A stretch of 64,000 nt of DNA from Blasia pusilla (GCA_050084515.1 CM114271.1:43090001-43154000), one strand, 5' to 3'; positions 37,600-51,539 are shown, counted from the first letter of the stretch. Program-made: numbers and translations. Notes: a model not told the origin generated them from the sequence alone.

Positions 37600-40500
37600 T
37601 CATGATAAAGTAATATATCAAGATGATGATCTTGAGGCCAATTATAGTAATGGCTTAAACTTGAGGATACATCAATGGGTAAGAATGCTTATATCTCCTA
37701 CCTTCGACTACACAAATAGTTATTTCATCGACAAGTTGACCTAGTTATGTCTCAAGTTAGCTTTACGTTTATTGGGTGATATAGTGGTTTCTAGTCTTAC
37801 ACATTCTGAATTGATGTGTTTAGTCACGCATAGTTGGTAAAGGTTTGGTGGCTAATTTAGTAGCAAGAATGAAGGAATTAAGTTATGTGATGAAACATAC
37901 ATTGAGAAAACTCCCATTCATTCCATATTGAAGATTCAAACACGATTATTCTGCTGAACCTTGGCCTTTCCCATGTCACATCTTAGTTATCCAATAGGTA
38001 GGGTTCTACCATGTCGACAACATCGAGGATCATTGTATAACTTGGTCTTGGAATGTTGGATGAGGTTGGAGAAAGCTTTGTTGCATAGGGATTGTCATTT
38101 AGAACAACTGCCCTCTTTTGCTATTTTGGCTAGGTGACCCATTAAGTCGACAACCATTTGATAACACATATGTTACCGACTTGTGCGTATTTTTTCTAGG
38201 GATAATTTTGGGGGAAGAGCTTTTGCCTCTGTCCAAGGGAGATGCCGACGCTAGAGGCCCACTTAATGTTAGTCACATCTCTCTAGGTGTTTCTGATTTT
38301 TTATTTATTTTGGTGAATTTAGTCAATAGTGGGATGCCCCCTTTTTTGTATTCCGACTTCAATGCATTGATGGGGTCCATATGAAGAAGAAAAAAAATTA
38401 TTTGTTTTTCAAACAAATAAATTGACCTTTGAGCTGCTATGGCTTGTTGAGCCTTAACCGATGGGTTTTCCATCATCCACTTTTTATTGAGGCTTCTTAT
38501 CCCTTCCCAAGAGTATAAGAGAGAGAGGTATGGATATCTCTCGTCATGTTTCTCATATTAAGCTTTTTAAGCACTTCTCTTGCTAGTTTTTGGTAGGATC
38601 GAGGGTGTTAGATTTTGGATTCTCTCGTAATGGAGGGTAGATGTGGCTTGATATTATCACATAGATTCAAGACTAGACTCTTTGAGTCATTTTTACTTTT
38701 ATTTTCTTGGTTTTTTTTACCTCAAATTTCTTCTAATACCCTTTTTATTAAGCCCTCTTATGGATGACTATCAAGAATTCTGATCTTTCCACATTCTGGA
38801 GATTGATGCTTGGAGGTTAGATTGGGCTCCAAGGCATGTGTCCATTAGGGTTCGTGAGGCATATGATGGGGTGGTGAGATCAATAAGGCCCATGCCAAAA
38901 GACTAGGGACTAGATGGAGATAACTTGAGTGATGGTGATGAGTTGGTAGAGGGCCATCTAGTTTCACTCCTGTAATGGAGTTCTTCCAAGAGTTGGGGAG
39001 GGACTAGGGCATATGGACCAACAAGCCAAAAATTCTACAAAAGTTTCAGCTAAGATTAGACGATGTATGTGGGAGGTTCTCAAGCGCATGCAATGACTAA
39101 TCATTTCCAATCGCGAGATGATTGCGGCACAAGAAATTCAGTATTAGTATAGGGTTTTGGATTGAGGATGAGGAGAGTTTGGGAAGAAATCTTGCCTCAC
39201 ACAATGAAGCCCATATTAAAGGTTTTAAATTTTTTTGAGCAGATTGAGCAAACATGAGTGAGAAGCATGTTATAACGATAGGATTACCTCTAGAGTCGGC
39301 ACATCCAAGGGTACTCGTAATCCCATATGTGACCTAGTATACACCACTACCATGAGAAAGGGTTGGTGTGCATAAAGAGTAGAGCGGGTATTGTAAGCCT
39401 ATGAGGCAATGACCCACGCAGACCTATGTTGGTCAATAGAGACCAACTTGGGTGTGTTGGACATGTAATAGACCCCATAAACAGAGGGATTGCCCATAAT
39501 ATGAGAAAGGGGAGAGAGCACCTCACATTGTTCAAGAGCCACCTTAGATAGCTGTACAATAGTCATAGTGTGATCATAGTCATGGATATGATCACATGCA
39601 CTAGGGATAGGTATTTCAAGCTTCACCAACTTGAAGAGATACGTATTGAGGTAGGCCTAGGGCCTAGGAGCGGAAGAGCTATGGATGTTGAGGAGTTTAT
39701 GACCGTGGTGATAGAGTTTCACCACCTATTAAAGGAGAGGAAGAACATGAACCCAAAGCCACAATCCTCAATCGAGCTCGCATTGATTAGTTGGAGCATA
39801 GGATTGCTGCCATTAGGAAAACACATCCAATGACAAACATTGAGAAGAGGGAATCCACTTTAGCTTGAGCTTCCATATCGTATCAAGATTTGGAGGAGGG
39901 TTTTATTGGTATGGGATTTATGTGTATTAATATGACTAACGTAGAGATTTTTATTATGGTGACTTGAGGTGCTACAAGAGTGATCAAGCTATAGGGAGGT
40001 GGAGTCGAGATAGACCCAAAATAGGGAATCAATGGGAAATAGGCCAAGGCTTCATAGTCATTCATATTGTTGAAGACACTATGTACATTGTCGATGGTGC
40101 CTAGACGACCGATGATTTCCACAAGTAAGATAGGTGCCTCAACATCACAAGGAGTTGGAGGGGCGACTCCTATTTCAGCTCAGGTGAAGCCAAAATCGAA
40201 CACGTTATTGGGGATGGCCCTTGTGATTTTCCAAGCTCCATTATTTTATGCTATGGACTTGGAAATAGTAGAATTTGGACTGGAGGAGGTGTTTTGACTA
40301 GCCACTACCTTGTGTGAGGATGTAGAGGTTACTCCCTATGGTTCAAAGATAGTTGTTGAGGAGGTGATGGACCTACCCTCAGAAGAGGATCTTTAGCCGT
40401 CTCCCACTATGTCATGGTAGGTTATGAGGACCAACTTGGCGCATATGTTGGCTAGACCAACGATAGAGCAACCATAGTCACACTAGATGTGGCGTTTTGG

Positions 40501-41350
40501 ATAATCATGTATGAGTATTTTTCTTGGTTAGTCCCACAAGTACAATGTACTACTCTCAATGCATCCTACTTGATATTGAGGGCCCAACACTTGATGTTAG
40601 GGAAGGTGACGTGTTTGGCGTTGGAGTCACTAAAGGCAACATGGAACTTGTTCTTTTCAAATAAAGAACTTTATTGGGGGCATGACTTGACCAAAGCTAG
40701 TTGTGGTACTCCAACTAAAACATACTTCAAATGGTGCGATGGTGTATAGTCACGTGATTACGACATCAATATAGTTATATGATGTGTTGGTAGGGAGAAC
40801 GGTTTTATATCCCCTTGGGTTCATCCTTGATTTCAAAGAGGAGAAAGTTGCTTGCCAACTAGGATGGCGATTAGTTAATAAACGAGTGATCAATTTCTTT
40901 GCGTGGTTTGCAATGCGTAGTGGTGGTCCACAAGATATTGTCGTGACCACACTCGTAGCATTCACGTGTAGTTCTAGATAGCCAAGCGTGTTTTTGGAGG
41001 GGATCACCCATGTGAAGGACATCCCAGTAGTAGATAGTTCCATGGAGAGACATATCATAATGGATATCTCTTCGCATAGTACAGAGACCTCTTGATTGTT
41101 GTAGGGGTAAGAGCGGGGACTTGTAGAGGAGTGTCGACAAGTCTAGGAGGCATGTATGGAGTTGTGCCTTTCTCCCAAAGTAGAGGCAGTCAAGGGACAA
41201 TCATGATTTTGGAATGGAGACTTGATATTCTTGTGTACCACACATATTGTATGGCAATGTTTTGGAGTTGTGAGAGGGTTACATCTATTCAGAGGGATCA
41301 ACATGCCAGGTAGCTACAATATTGTTGGTCCACATAGGTATACATCGGTA
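37600..41350 (-). mobile_element. Highly degenerate TE remnant, possibly LINE (L1-like)
   Basis: CpG-poor, decayed coding-like DNA. ~40400-40750 is homologous to ~48500-48800. No diagnostic RT motif recognised, and boundaries are rough. Confidence 0.3.
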
Positions 41351-41833
41351 TCTTTAGGTTGAGACAGATGAGATAGACGTGAAGGTCTACATACAGTTTG
41401 TGTATAGGGAAGTAGATCATGTTAAGTGAATGTTATATGGGTTATGTGGCTATAAGGGGCCAACTACCAATGATGGGAAGCAATTGCGTATTCATAATAT
41501 ACATGCATAAATTTTTTTGGGTATAAGTCTATGCGTGTGTGTTGAAGAATCTGTGTTTTTTTGGTGGACAGATATTGTAACCATGTTCATAATGCATAGA
41601 TATGATAGTGGTATGAATAGTATAATGGTGTCAAGCACATACCCACTTTTGCAATGAGAATTTGGGTGCGTAATTTTTTAATAATTTTACGTAAATATAT
41701 GCCCGCCTTAATTTTATAATTTCTTATTTGCCTGCTTACAATCTATCTAAGACTTACCGCTGTGGTCATTTTGATTGCAATGTGTCTCTATTTTATTTTC
41801 TTCAAGGCTAAGCCCTAATCCCTTTTCCCAAGG

Positions 41834-41906
41834 GCCGCCCTAGCTCAGTTGGTAGAGCGCAAGGCTCTTAACCTTGTGGTCGGGGGTTCGAGCCCCCCGG
41901 GCGGCG
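41834..41906 (+). tRNA. trnK-CUU: tRNA-Lys (anticodon CTT)
   Basis: 73-nt cloverleaf: acceptor GCCGCCC/GGGCGGC + G73, D arm GCTC-AGTTGGTA-GAGC, anticodon arm CAAGG-CTCTTAA-CCTTG, T arm GGGGG-TTCGAGC-CCCCC. Intact A and B boxes and an upstream CAA. Confidence 0.96.
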
Positions 41907-42379
41907 CGTCGCGAAGCATTAATAAAGCATATGCGTTGCCCTAATTGGGTGTTTGCTAACTCAGCACGGAGAAATTTTGTTTGCACTGTGATTTTTCCTT
42001 CACCATCAAGCTATTTTGCCAGTTCATGTTTTCAACAATTTCCACCAAGATTATCTTGACCTCCCAGAAACATCATTTGCAGATCCCGTACTGTAGAACA
42101 TGCTTCAATCCGAAATAGTTGAATCCAAGGCGAGTTTCAAATCGCCTTGTTATGTGAAGAAGGCGCTTAACGTCTTTGGAGAATTCCGAATAACAAGCTA
42201 TTTTGCCAGCAAGCAAAAAATTCCGGATAACAAGCAAGGCTCATCTGAGAGTAAGATGAATAGCTTACAAACCAAGAGTTCGTATTCAACGAAGACCGGG
42301 AAAAGACGAATGCACACACGGAATCATCTTCAAGACTTTCATCTTGATATACACTGTACTAGTATTCGTGAACACTTCT

Positions 42380-43726
42380 CTACTGAGACGGTAAAATTCT
42401 AATAAACTTGAATGTCGAGCATTTTACACCTCCAGTTGGTCCGACGGAAATCGGAAACTTCCGGCCGAACTTCTTCCCACTTCCGCAACGGTTACAATAA
42501 CCCGGATACTTTCTCATATCGAATGCCGCTACCTCCTTGAGCTGCAGTCCGCTTGAGATGGCCAAGTCCTCCACCTTCCATCGATTATACGGATGGTAAT
42601 CCTGAATAGTCAAATGAATCTCCGCATCCTCATGCGTCTAAAGCTGTGATGCGCTGACAAAAAAATTATTGACCAGATTCCTATGCTGCCTGTGCACATG
42701 ACATTGCCCAAGTCCATCGACTTGGATGATCAGTTCGCGAGAGAATCTCTGAATTAAAGTTCTGAGACTAGAGATCTGAAGGAGCTAAAGTTGGATACGA
42801 ATTCCCTCACTTGATAACACTTGTGGAGCACTCTCGTAGGCCGAAATAACCCGCATGAGGAAAATTGAAGATGATTCTGTGGAACCGTTTCGATTTGCTA
42901 AAATTATCACCATGCCCACAACATCGATATCATGCAAAACCACAGCTCCATGCTGCCGCAGGTTCCTCAGGGCATTCGGAGCCTCTGCATACTTCTGACA
43001 AATAACCTCTGCTGAAACGTAAAGACAAATTCTCAGTCAAATTCATGAGTGTTACGGGCGTAAAACTACATGTTAGCGAACAAATGTGATCTATGCTTAT
43101 GATCTGTTACTTCTCACAATAACGTTCGGATAGTAGACTTTAACGACCTCGAGCTAACTGACCCACTCTGCCGCCATGATTTTCATGCGACAGCGTTGTG
43201 CGAGAAAATATCGGTAACCATGAACCTGACAGAGATCAATATCCCCAAGTTTCACTCTCTTAAAATATGAACCTCAACAAATATGATGAGGGAAAACCCA
43301 TCGGGAAACATAAGAGAGGGACTTCAAAAGAGTCAAGCATATATCCTTACGTAGGCCACAACCGGCCTTGAAAAAAAGACAGGGTATTCCCCCCAATTAT
43401 GCTCGCTCTCTATTATGCTAGATACTCGGATGTGCTCAAGTCGAGAAAAACAAGAGCATGGGGAACCATCTGAAGTACCAAGGAGGGGGGACTCAATGAC
43501 GCATCCAATAGCCTCTCGAGGAAGGCATTCCATAGAACGCGAGTAATAGAGTGAATTCGATGATAGGGGGGAGGGATCAAGAGGGAACCTTCAGAATCTC
43601 GAGATGTTGCTACTATCCCATTGGTTTCCCCAATATGGTTGCGAGTGCGGAGGCGAAAGAGAAATCACCTTCCCCAACGAGCAGAATGTTCTGCCGACTA
43701 GAATATTGGAGCGCCCCAACTTCCAT
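42380..43726 (-). pseudogene. DUF2431 / BMT5-like 25S rRNA (uridine-N3) methyltransferase family pseudogene, 3 exons
   Basis: Exon 1 (43726-43589): MEVGALQYSSRQNILLVGEGDFSFASALA...IVATSRDS. Exon 2 (~43011-42811): ...GAVVLHDIDV...RIIFNFPHAG. Exon 3 (42689-42380): QHRNLVNNFF...EIHLT...RWKVEDLA...YPGY. GT-AG introns with consistent phases. Frameshifts near 43620 and 42905, and an in-frame TAG near 42639. Confidence 0.88.
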
Positions 43727-43921
43727 TCCACCCTCGTCAACAAGTTCGCCGTAATAGATTGTGCACTTCAACGTCACAACCCAGAGGATCGTTTCAAATT
43801 GGTATCAGTAAGAAGGAGCGGCCCAAGTTCCATTCCACACTCGTAAACAAGTTCACCGTGATAGATTGTGCACTTCAACTTCACAACCCAGACGATCGTT
43901 TCGAACCCATAGCAGTAAGAA
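43708..43921. repeat. 107-bp tandem duplication over the putative start of the DUF2431 pseudogene
   Basis: GGAGCG..CCAA..TTCCATTCCAC...ATAGATTGTGCACTTCAAC at 43708 and 43815. Confidence 0.88.
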
Positions 43922-46299
43922 AGATGTGCCTACTAGCCTGTTTAGTCGATTCAGTGGATCGTTCTAGCTGCCAAATATCAAATGGAGCGTGCTCTTGCAT
44001 CGTTTCACTTCGAAGTTCGAATTGAGCCAAACCGAGCTGTAAAATGGGTCGAATCTAGCATGGCTGATCATAACCTTGGAATGTAAAGGCTTCCCAGCAG
44101 CATACGGACGCTGTCAGTCGAATCTTAAGGAGAATTAGTGCGCGAATTGTTTCTCTGGCGGGTAGATACGGACGAACACTTCGTTAAAGTCCATTAACGG
44201 CAGTGCGTCGTGAAAGATGCCTTCGCGATGTCGGTTCACTCCAAAAATTAGAATCTACTCAAGGGAGTGAGAGTCACTCCACAAGTAACGAACGGCAAAG
44301 TACCAATCACTTAATTAGCTGGCGGTTTTGCTATGGAGATCAATTAATTTCAATCAAATAAAACTAGGCGCATTCAAAACTACGGTACGCTAGATTCTAC
44401 TTTTGGCTGTATTTGTTTGTGTGGACTTTCTTGGGCAGAAATATAAAATATGTATAAAAAAGGATGGGGAAAACCATCACCATACAAATGAGGGGGCCAA
44501 GAGAGCCAAAAAAGGAAGACCTCAAGAGGCCAGAATCGGCCCTGGGCAGAAAGAAGGGGGCCTTTCTTAGGTGCGGGCGAGAGACTAGAGGAAGATTGGT
44601 TTGGAATCGATGACCCGTATTTATGCGGCAAACGAGAAATTCATCAATGTGATTCCAAGTCAAATGGACAGTTGAGACACACTAATATACGTACTATTAT
44701 GTAAGTCTATGTGCGATGCGTGCGAAATAGTGTTAGTGAAAGGAAGAAATTGAAGGACGCTCACATAAATCCAAAAAAATTCCTACTACCTATAATATAT
44801 GAAAAATTGTCACGTGTCATATCAAGAAGGCACTCTCCCATAATAATATAAATGAGACTCACTATTATATACAAGTAGTGTCTTATACATAATACGGTAT
44901 CTCAGAAACGGTTTAATTTTGTACCCAGGTGCGGAGTGGTGTGTGTGGTGGATGCTCACCTTTTTTCACCTTTTCTGCAGCCGAACGTCCAAAGTAAGCA
45001 AATAGTTTATTTAATTTAGTCAAAAACCATGAAAAGTGGTAATATTGAATTTTCTAGACTTAAAAGGATGTTGGTATGTGATTCAAGGAAGTCTCATGAT
45101 TGATGTGCCTCTTAGATTTCATGACTTTTAGAGAGGTAGATGAAATTACATCTAGGCCTAGAGGCCTTTTGTAATTCTTACTTTAGAAGGTCATGTATCG
45201 TGATCTACTACCATGAAGGTGATTCATGTGTGTAGGTCATCCTTACCTTTCTAAATGGCACTCTTGGATATGTGTTACTTGTCTTATGTCACATGATAAG
45301 TATAAGGGATTTATTAATAAGGTCTTGCCCTCAAATGGTGATTGGTTGGATTGGGCGTACATATTATCTATTCCAAGTCATTTATGACTTGCTATATATG
45401 GGTAACATGTGCAAACACATTACCATGGAGTCTCCTCGAGAGTATTGTATCGTTGATTTTGATGATGTTGGGATTTTTTATATGATGCATTTATGCTATT
45501 GTATTGAGTCTAGATTTCCTTAAGCAAGAGTGGCTTAGGACTGATTGGAAATCACACATTTAAAATCTATTGCATATTATTTAATACCTCTTGTTGCTAA
45601 AAGAATGTGTATGATTATGTGAATGTTGAGCCACATTAAGAGTGAATACATTGGTAGTGGGTTGGAAATCAACTTAATATTACCAAAGTCTCATAGATCT
45701 TACTAATTCCAAAGTACAAGTGTAAGACCTTACTGATTTCCAATTTAAGGATCTGAAGATGCTTATTGCTTTCCAAAAATAAGAGATATTGAGCTTCAAT
45801 TTCAAGAATAGAGCATAGTTGCGGTATCTTGTATTTGCAAGATTGTAAGAGTATGTATCTTGATCAACCATGCAGGAGTAGATGGGACATGAGAATGATA
45901 GCAATTTTCCAAATTGAGAAAATGTGTTGAAGTACAACGTTAATAAATTCGAGAAGAATTGAAGAGAGGGAAGATTCTCAATCGGTGTGAATTTCTCTAG
46001 TGAAAGGGTAATCGGCATCAAATATCAAAATGTAAGTACTTTAGAGGAATGTAGTGAGGAAATTAGAGTCTAGTATGGCTTGATTGAATGTGGAAAAATC
46101 AACAAGTGTGTGGGCACTTTGCAATTGATTTTAAGTGATACTTGCATGATAATTTAACAAATTGGATAAATTAAGACAAAACTTTCAGGGTAGTCAAGGA
46201 AAGGAAAAACTTGAATTGAGCAAAATTGTCCTTGTCTATACAGGGATTGGTAGAGTTTGAATTCATCCGATGGCCTCTAGAACCAATGTCCCTTGCCAC

Positions 46300-48050
46300 A
46301 TCCAAGAGCAATTTGCATGAGTGGACCTTCAGATCTTGTGTCCCTTCTCATATCAAGAAGAATTAAGTGAAACCAATAATCTTCATTCCATGCAAGATAT
46401 CCAGTGGCATGTCATACTACTAGAAGAAATCCTTGGTTTTATGACTCATGTGAATTATATATTACCATCACCATCTAGAACAGGCCACTACGAGACCTTT
46501 GCAGGCCTATCACGGTCTAGGTAGGCTTGGTGCACGCCACGCAAGGGCTCGGTGCACGCTAGGCAAGGTTTCGTAGTTCGCATATCGGTTCGATCCCTAC
46601 CTACCTATCTTAATCTGAGCATGCACTCATTCCCATGTCCCAAGCCCGCAGGGACAAGTTCGGACAAAAGGGGGATCAAAAAATCCTAGGTAGGATTCTC
46701 CTTGGGCATGTTTTCCCCATGGACTGACAAGTTTGTTTCCATGCAACCATACTCCGATAATCCTCCATGGGAGTGTTGGTGTGATGTTGTGCATTGTGGT
46801 ACAACTCCTCTTTCCTCTCCTACATCCGATCAAGAAGATGACACTCCATGATGATGTCGTGGCTAAGGCTCCATACTTCCAAAGTTAGGCAAGCCTTATT
46901 TTTTTTCAGTGCAATAATGAAGATATTTGAGTTTTGACTCATGATCTCTTATCTCTTCTCAAACACACATCCTCCACAACGCTATAATAAACTCCATCTT
47001 CTTTATTAACTCTACGACTTTGAGCTTGAAAAATACCTTGTTAATTAACTTGCCCTTCTTTGCTGAAAGGTCCTATAGTAATAACTTGCAAAGCCATTGA
47101 CAAGGGCTTATCCTTCTTCCAATTATCTTCTTTCACTTTTGCTACAAAATCATGAATTGCATATACATGATCCCACCACTTGATCCAAAAATTCTTGAGC
47201 TCTCCTTCAAAAACATCTTTTTCAATTTGGTACCCAAGTACCCTCCTAATTGATCGTTAGTGATGATTTTTAAACACCATCTTCTTGATCATCTTGGCAA
47301 ATGTTGGTGGACTTAATGTATCATGGGGTTCTCCCCCTCTTCCGTCACCCTCTTCATATTGAGGACTACGCTCCTCATAAGGTGGCAAGTCCATCTTCAA
47401 CTTATCTTATAGCAAAATGCAAAAGGAGAATTTCGTCACGAAAAGATTTCCATAATGATGACACGATGATAAATCATAGATCCATGGATCATATATCCAT
47501 AATCATTTGCAATGATTCAAATTCAGAAATTCACACATTTCAATCATGTCTTATATTCCTTGTGAAAAACATCCAATTCTCAAGGAGACTTATAGTGACA
47601 CTATCTTGGTGACAAAAATCCCATTATCACAAACTCAATAAGTATATGTCCATGATTTTAATCCCGAATCTATATTGTCTATGCCTAATATTTTGGCATT
47701 AAACTTGGATATGCAATAAGCTACTCTAGGATTTTTTGATTGAAAGGGTTTGGAGTTATTGCCTACTTTCGAATCCTATTCACAGAAGTCCATCTAACAT
47801 TTGTGCATGCATCCTCAAGAGAGAGGTTGTGTGTCACATAGTCAAATTCTTCAATATCATTCATATAGCATAGAATTATGTCGCTATGCTAAAAGGTTTA
47901 TTCTTGAGCCCTTTTTTCAACTCCAAGGTTATTTGTCCAATGCACTTTTTTTCTTCATGGGGCCACCCTTTGTGAGGTGAGACTAAAAACTCATCATCCC
48001 AAAAGGCATTTTCTCAATCTCCAACTCTCATGTATGGATTGGAGTTGGAT
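46300..48050 (-). mobile_element. Possible hAT (DUF659-type) transposase remnant
   Basis: Weak, decayed minus-strand motifs (VCDNG, IYHR..MEIF, NFWIKWW) in an order compatible with hAT. No TIR or TSD identified. Confidence 0.35.
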
Positions 48051-48229
48051 CCAAAATTAATGAAAATATTTCTAGCATGAAGATTGATATGAAGAACTCC
48101 ACGCTTGTAGACAATCTCCATGGTAACCAGAAAGGAAACCACAAGCGGGATGATAATTTGACGCTATCGTCACACATTTGATCTTCTATAACTCTTCTTA
48201 ACTCGCCCTTGAAGGATGTGTAGGCATGT

Positions 48230-48950
48230 AGGGCGATGGGAGAAGCAAGTATGATGACTTCTATTTATGATGCCCTCATGCAGCCCGTATCTAGTACATT
48301 GTTGGGGGCGTCTGTTACTATGTGCCGTACCCCATGGTTTTCAGCTTTCAATCTTGCAATGTTGAGAGGTATGTCCGCCGAGGTTTTCCGGTTGGCCACT
48401 ACGCCATGTGAGTGTGGAGAGGATGTCACTGCCTCAAGTTCAATGGTAGATGTAGAGGACGTGGTGGACGTGCCCTTGGAGGCTAAGGTCGGGCCATCCA
48501 TCTCATATTCTTGGTAGCTTGTGGTTGTTAAGATGGCGAAGATGCTCGGTAGACCCGCGAAAGATCGTGCCATGGTTTTTCCAGGTGTTATTTTGCAGGA
48601 TAACCCATAAGAGGTCTTCTTTTTGGTGAGTCCAAGAGGTGGAATTTTTTTTGAGCAACACATCTTGTTGGATTCAAGAGCGCAACACCTGATGTTGGGA
48701 AAGGCGGCGTTTACAAGATTGGGCTTGATGATAGTTGATGTGAAGCATTGCCCATTCAAGATAAAAAAATCCTTGGGTGGAGAAATTACGACAAAGTTTA
48801 TCACCTGATATCAGGTAATGGTGAGAATTCAACCAAGACATCCGTTACATAAGTCCGTGGTGCGAGCCAAGGCAATAATGACCGATGTTGAGTCTGTCAC
48901 GTCTTTTAGGATAGACCGATGAGATCTAGTAGAGCACCTTCGTAAGTAGT
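48230..48950 (-). mobile_element. Degenerate TE coding remnant, possibly LINE ORF1-like
   Basis: One minus frame reads STQGFFYLEW...LLWVILQN, reminiscent of DUF4283. Homologous to ~40400-40750. Confidence 0.3.
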
Positions 48951-50477
48951 GGAGGAAAAGCTCAGTTGGTTGAGGATGACCTGCTCAGGCCCTGGAAAAC
49001 CTGAGAGAGCAGGTTTCCCTTTCGTTTCGGCTCATTTGGAGCCATATTGAAGAACTTACTATTTTGGGTAAGTACCATTTTGAATATATGATCGACTTTC
49101 TTTTTTTGGAAGTGGCCCTTGACCTTCTACATCAGATCAAGAGCCAAGGAGGTGACTTGGGAGAATAGGTTACCATGGAGAGAGCTTGGGAGAGCGGAGG
49201 GGTACACCTCAAGGAGAGAGAGCTTGAGAGCTCATTCTCTCTTTGTTGAACCTCTTGGCATGAGGCGGCTATGGTCCCTTGCCTTGTGAGTGTAACCCAA
49301 GCCTCTCATTTGGAGAGTGGGTTTGGTTTGACATGAGAGAGAGTGCACACCTTTGAGAGTTATGGTTGTGAGATGATGTAGAGAGAGATTGGATCTAACT
49401 TTACAAAGAGAGAATGAAAGAATGAGAGAGTGAGAGAGCTTCATGGGGGAGATCGCTAGTCACTCGCTCTTTTTGCAGGTTGGGGACCGTGTTCCCCATT
49501 CAACGGCCCATGGGAGTGGTCACCGGAGCAAGGGCTGCTATGATTGTTCTTTGCATTTTCCGATTTTTCGTGTGGAAGAGTGGCGCGCGGAAGCGCTGCC
49601 CAATTTCTGATAGGGATTGATTATGGGGGCGGGTTGCCCCATGTCGGTGCTCACGAGAGCACCATGTAGCTTGCTGATTTTTATTTTTACAGGTTTTACA
49701 TTTTGGTTGGGAGAAATCAGCGCGGAAGCGCTGCCAAATTTTGTGTAGGAGAAAGAGACATTGGGCTTTACGACAGTCCCTATCAGTTTTTATTAGAATG
49801 TCCAATTCCAAATAGTTTTTGATATTGTTGCAGATCGTGAAGCTGTTCACGTTGTGCAACAAATAGTGTGCAATTTGGAGTTGCGAGTAAAAAGTTATGG
49901 TCAATCTTGCAAAACTGCCATTGCTAGGCGATTTTTAGCGTTAAATTGTTCAAACCCTAAACCAGCCGCCACGCCGACGGCGGCGGTCGCCGTCACCAGT
50001 CAACGGTCCACCGTTACCATTGATGGTCAAGTGTCATGGTCAACGGTCCGTTGTCACCATCAATGGTCCACCGTCCACCGGCCACCTTCGGTCGTTGCTG
50101 TTGCCTAGCGTTGCATTCGACCGTTGTCCACCCTTTGGTTGCCATTGCCGCCATTACGGAGTGGAGGGTCTTCCACAACGTTCATTGGTTCTCTAACTTG
50201 CGTCGCCACCACGTACTTTGTTTTGGCCGCCACCGTCATCGCGGTTTTGTCGTCAACCAGTGATGGCACATGACCTCTGCTTATGGTGTTTGGGTTTTGA
50301 TTTCATGCTTTTATGTTGTGATTGGCAGCCGCTCAACGACGATCGAGTACCATGCCGTGACGCCCATAGCCCCAACGCGCCGCCGATTGCCGCACCATGC
50401 CGCTTGTGGCTGTACCGCACCGTCTCGATTGGGGAGCTGCACCATCATTGTGGAGTCCACCAACGCAACCACAGTGG

Positions 50478-51409
50478 TTGCGTTGGTGAGCCCCATGCTT
50501 GCCAAGACGGTGGAGGCAATGGCTGGGGGCAAGACCCGAGGAGATCGACACACCAGGGGAGATCGGGAGAGACACCCTCGAACTTCTTGGGATGTCATGC
50601 AGGTACGGCAGGAGATGATAGCCACAGCATCGAGCGTGGTTCCGGGCACTGCATGTGGAGGAGATCAGAGTTTGCAGTTGGCTGCAGGAGAGCGGTCGAG
50701 TGTTGTTGTTTGAGATGGGGTTGCACCAAAGCAACCACCGATATCCGCGCCGGAGAGTCCTACCATAGTCACGCACGATGATCGATCGTCATTAACTTAA
50801 CACAAATGGCATGCCACAAAAACCTTTCCTATGTTTGTTAGCTTTCCCTTTTCCTATGCATATAAGGGGGTCGATCCTTGCTTGGATTGGGATGATCAAG
50901 CACAACGGTCGCTAGAGCCCGATGCCAATGAGCAAGAGTCGGCAATGGGATTTCCCCTTGGAATGACTATAATACCATCAATATTAGAGCCATCATGACA
51001 TCATATCTTAGGTCAGGCGATGGACCTCGATTGCTTGACATGGATAATCCGCTTAGGAGTAACTGAGTAGCGCCAGATGAGGTTGTGACATGTCACAACT
51101 ATTGCGTCGGTGAGCCTCATGCCTACCGAGACGGTTCAAGCACTAGCTGGGGACGAGATTTGAGGAGATCGACATATCAAGAGTGATCAAGAGACACACC
51201 CTTGAACTTCTTGGGATGTGTTGCAGATACCCCGGGAGATGGGAACCACAACATTGAGCATGGTTTATGGTTTTGCATACAGAGGAGATGCATATATGAG
51301 AGTTTGGAATCAAATTGGCTGCAAGGAAGCAGTCAAATTGTGTTGGTTGAGATAGCATTGCGCCATAGCAATCACGAATACTCGTGCCGGAGAGTCCTAC
51401 AATAGTCAC
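50478..51409. repeat. Diverged ~300-bp direct duplication (50478-50772 / 51102-51409)
   Basis: Shared anchors TTGCGT.GGTGAGCC, GAGGAGATCGACA, GAACTTCTTGGGATGT and GCCGGAGAGTCCTAC.ATAGTCAC. Confidence 0.85.
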
Positions 51410-51539
51410 AATGGAGACTTGGGAGCCGGATATGAGCCCTACGTTGACAAGAGGAGCTAGAGCAGCGTCGGATACATCAGTTTCTTAGGAGGCATAAGAG
51501 CTAGTTATTTTGCATTTAGAATGCATGATTTGGGTATGC

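Noticed and set aside
41907..42060. tRNA-snoRNA dicistron or tRNA-derived SINE
   Set aside because: No C/D box pair (TGATGA...CTGA) is evident in the trailer. There is no poly-A tail or TSD, and the cloverleaf is perfectly paired.
50036..50781. Overlapping 110-190 aa ORFs as host genes
   Set aside because: GC-rich TE-associated DNA that is open in several frames on both strands, has no recognisable domain and is partly duplicated at 51102-51409.
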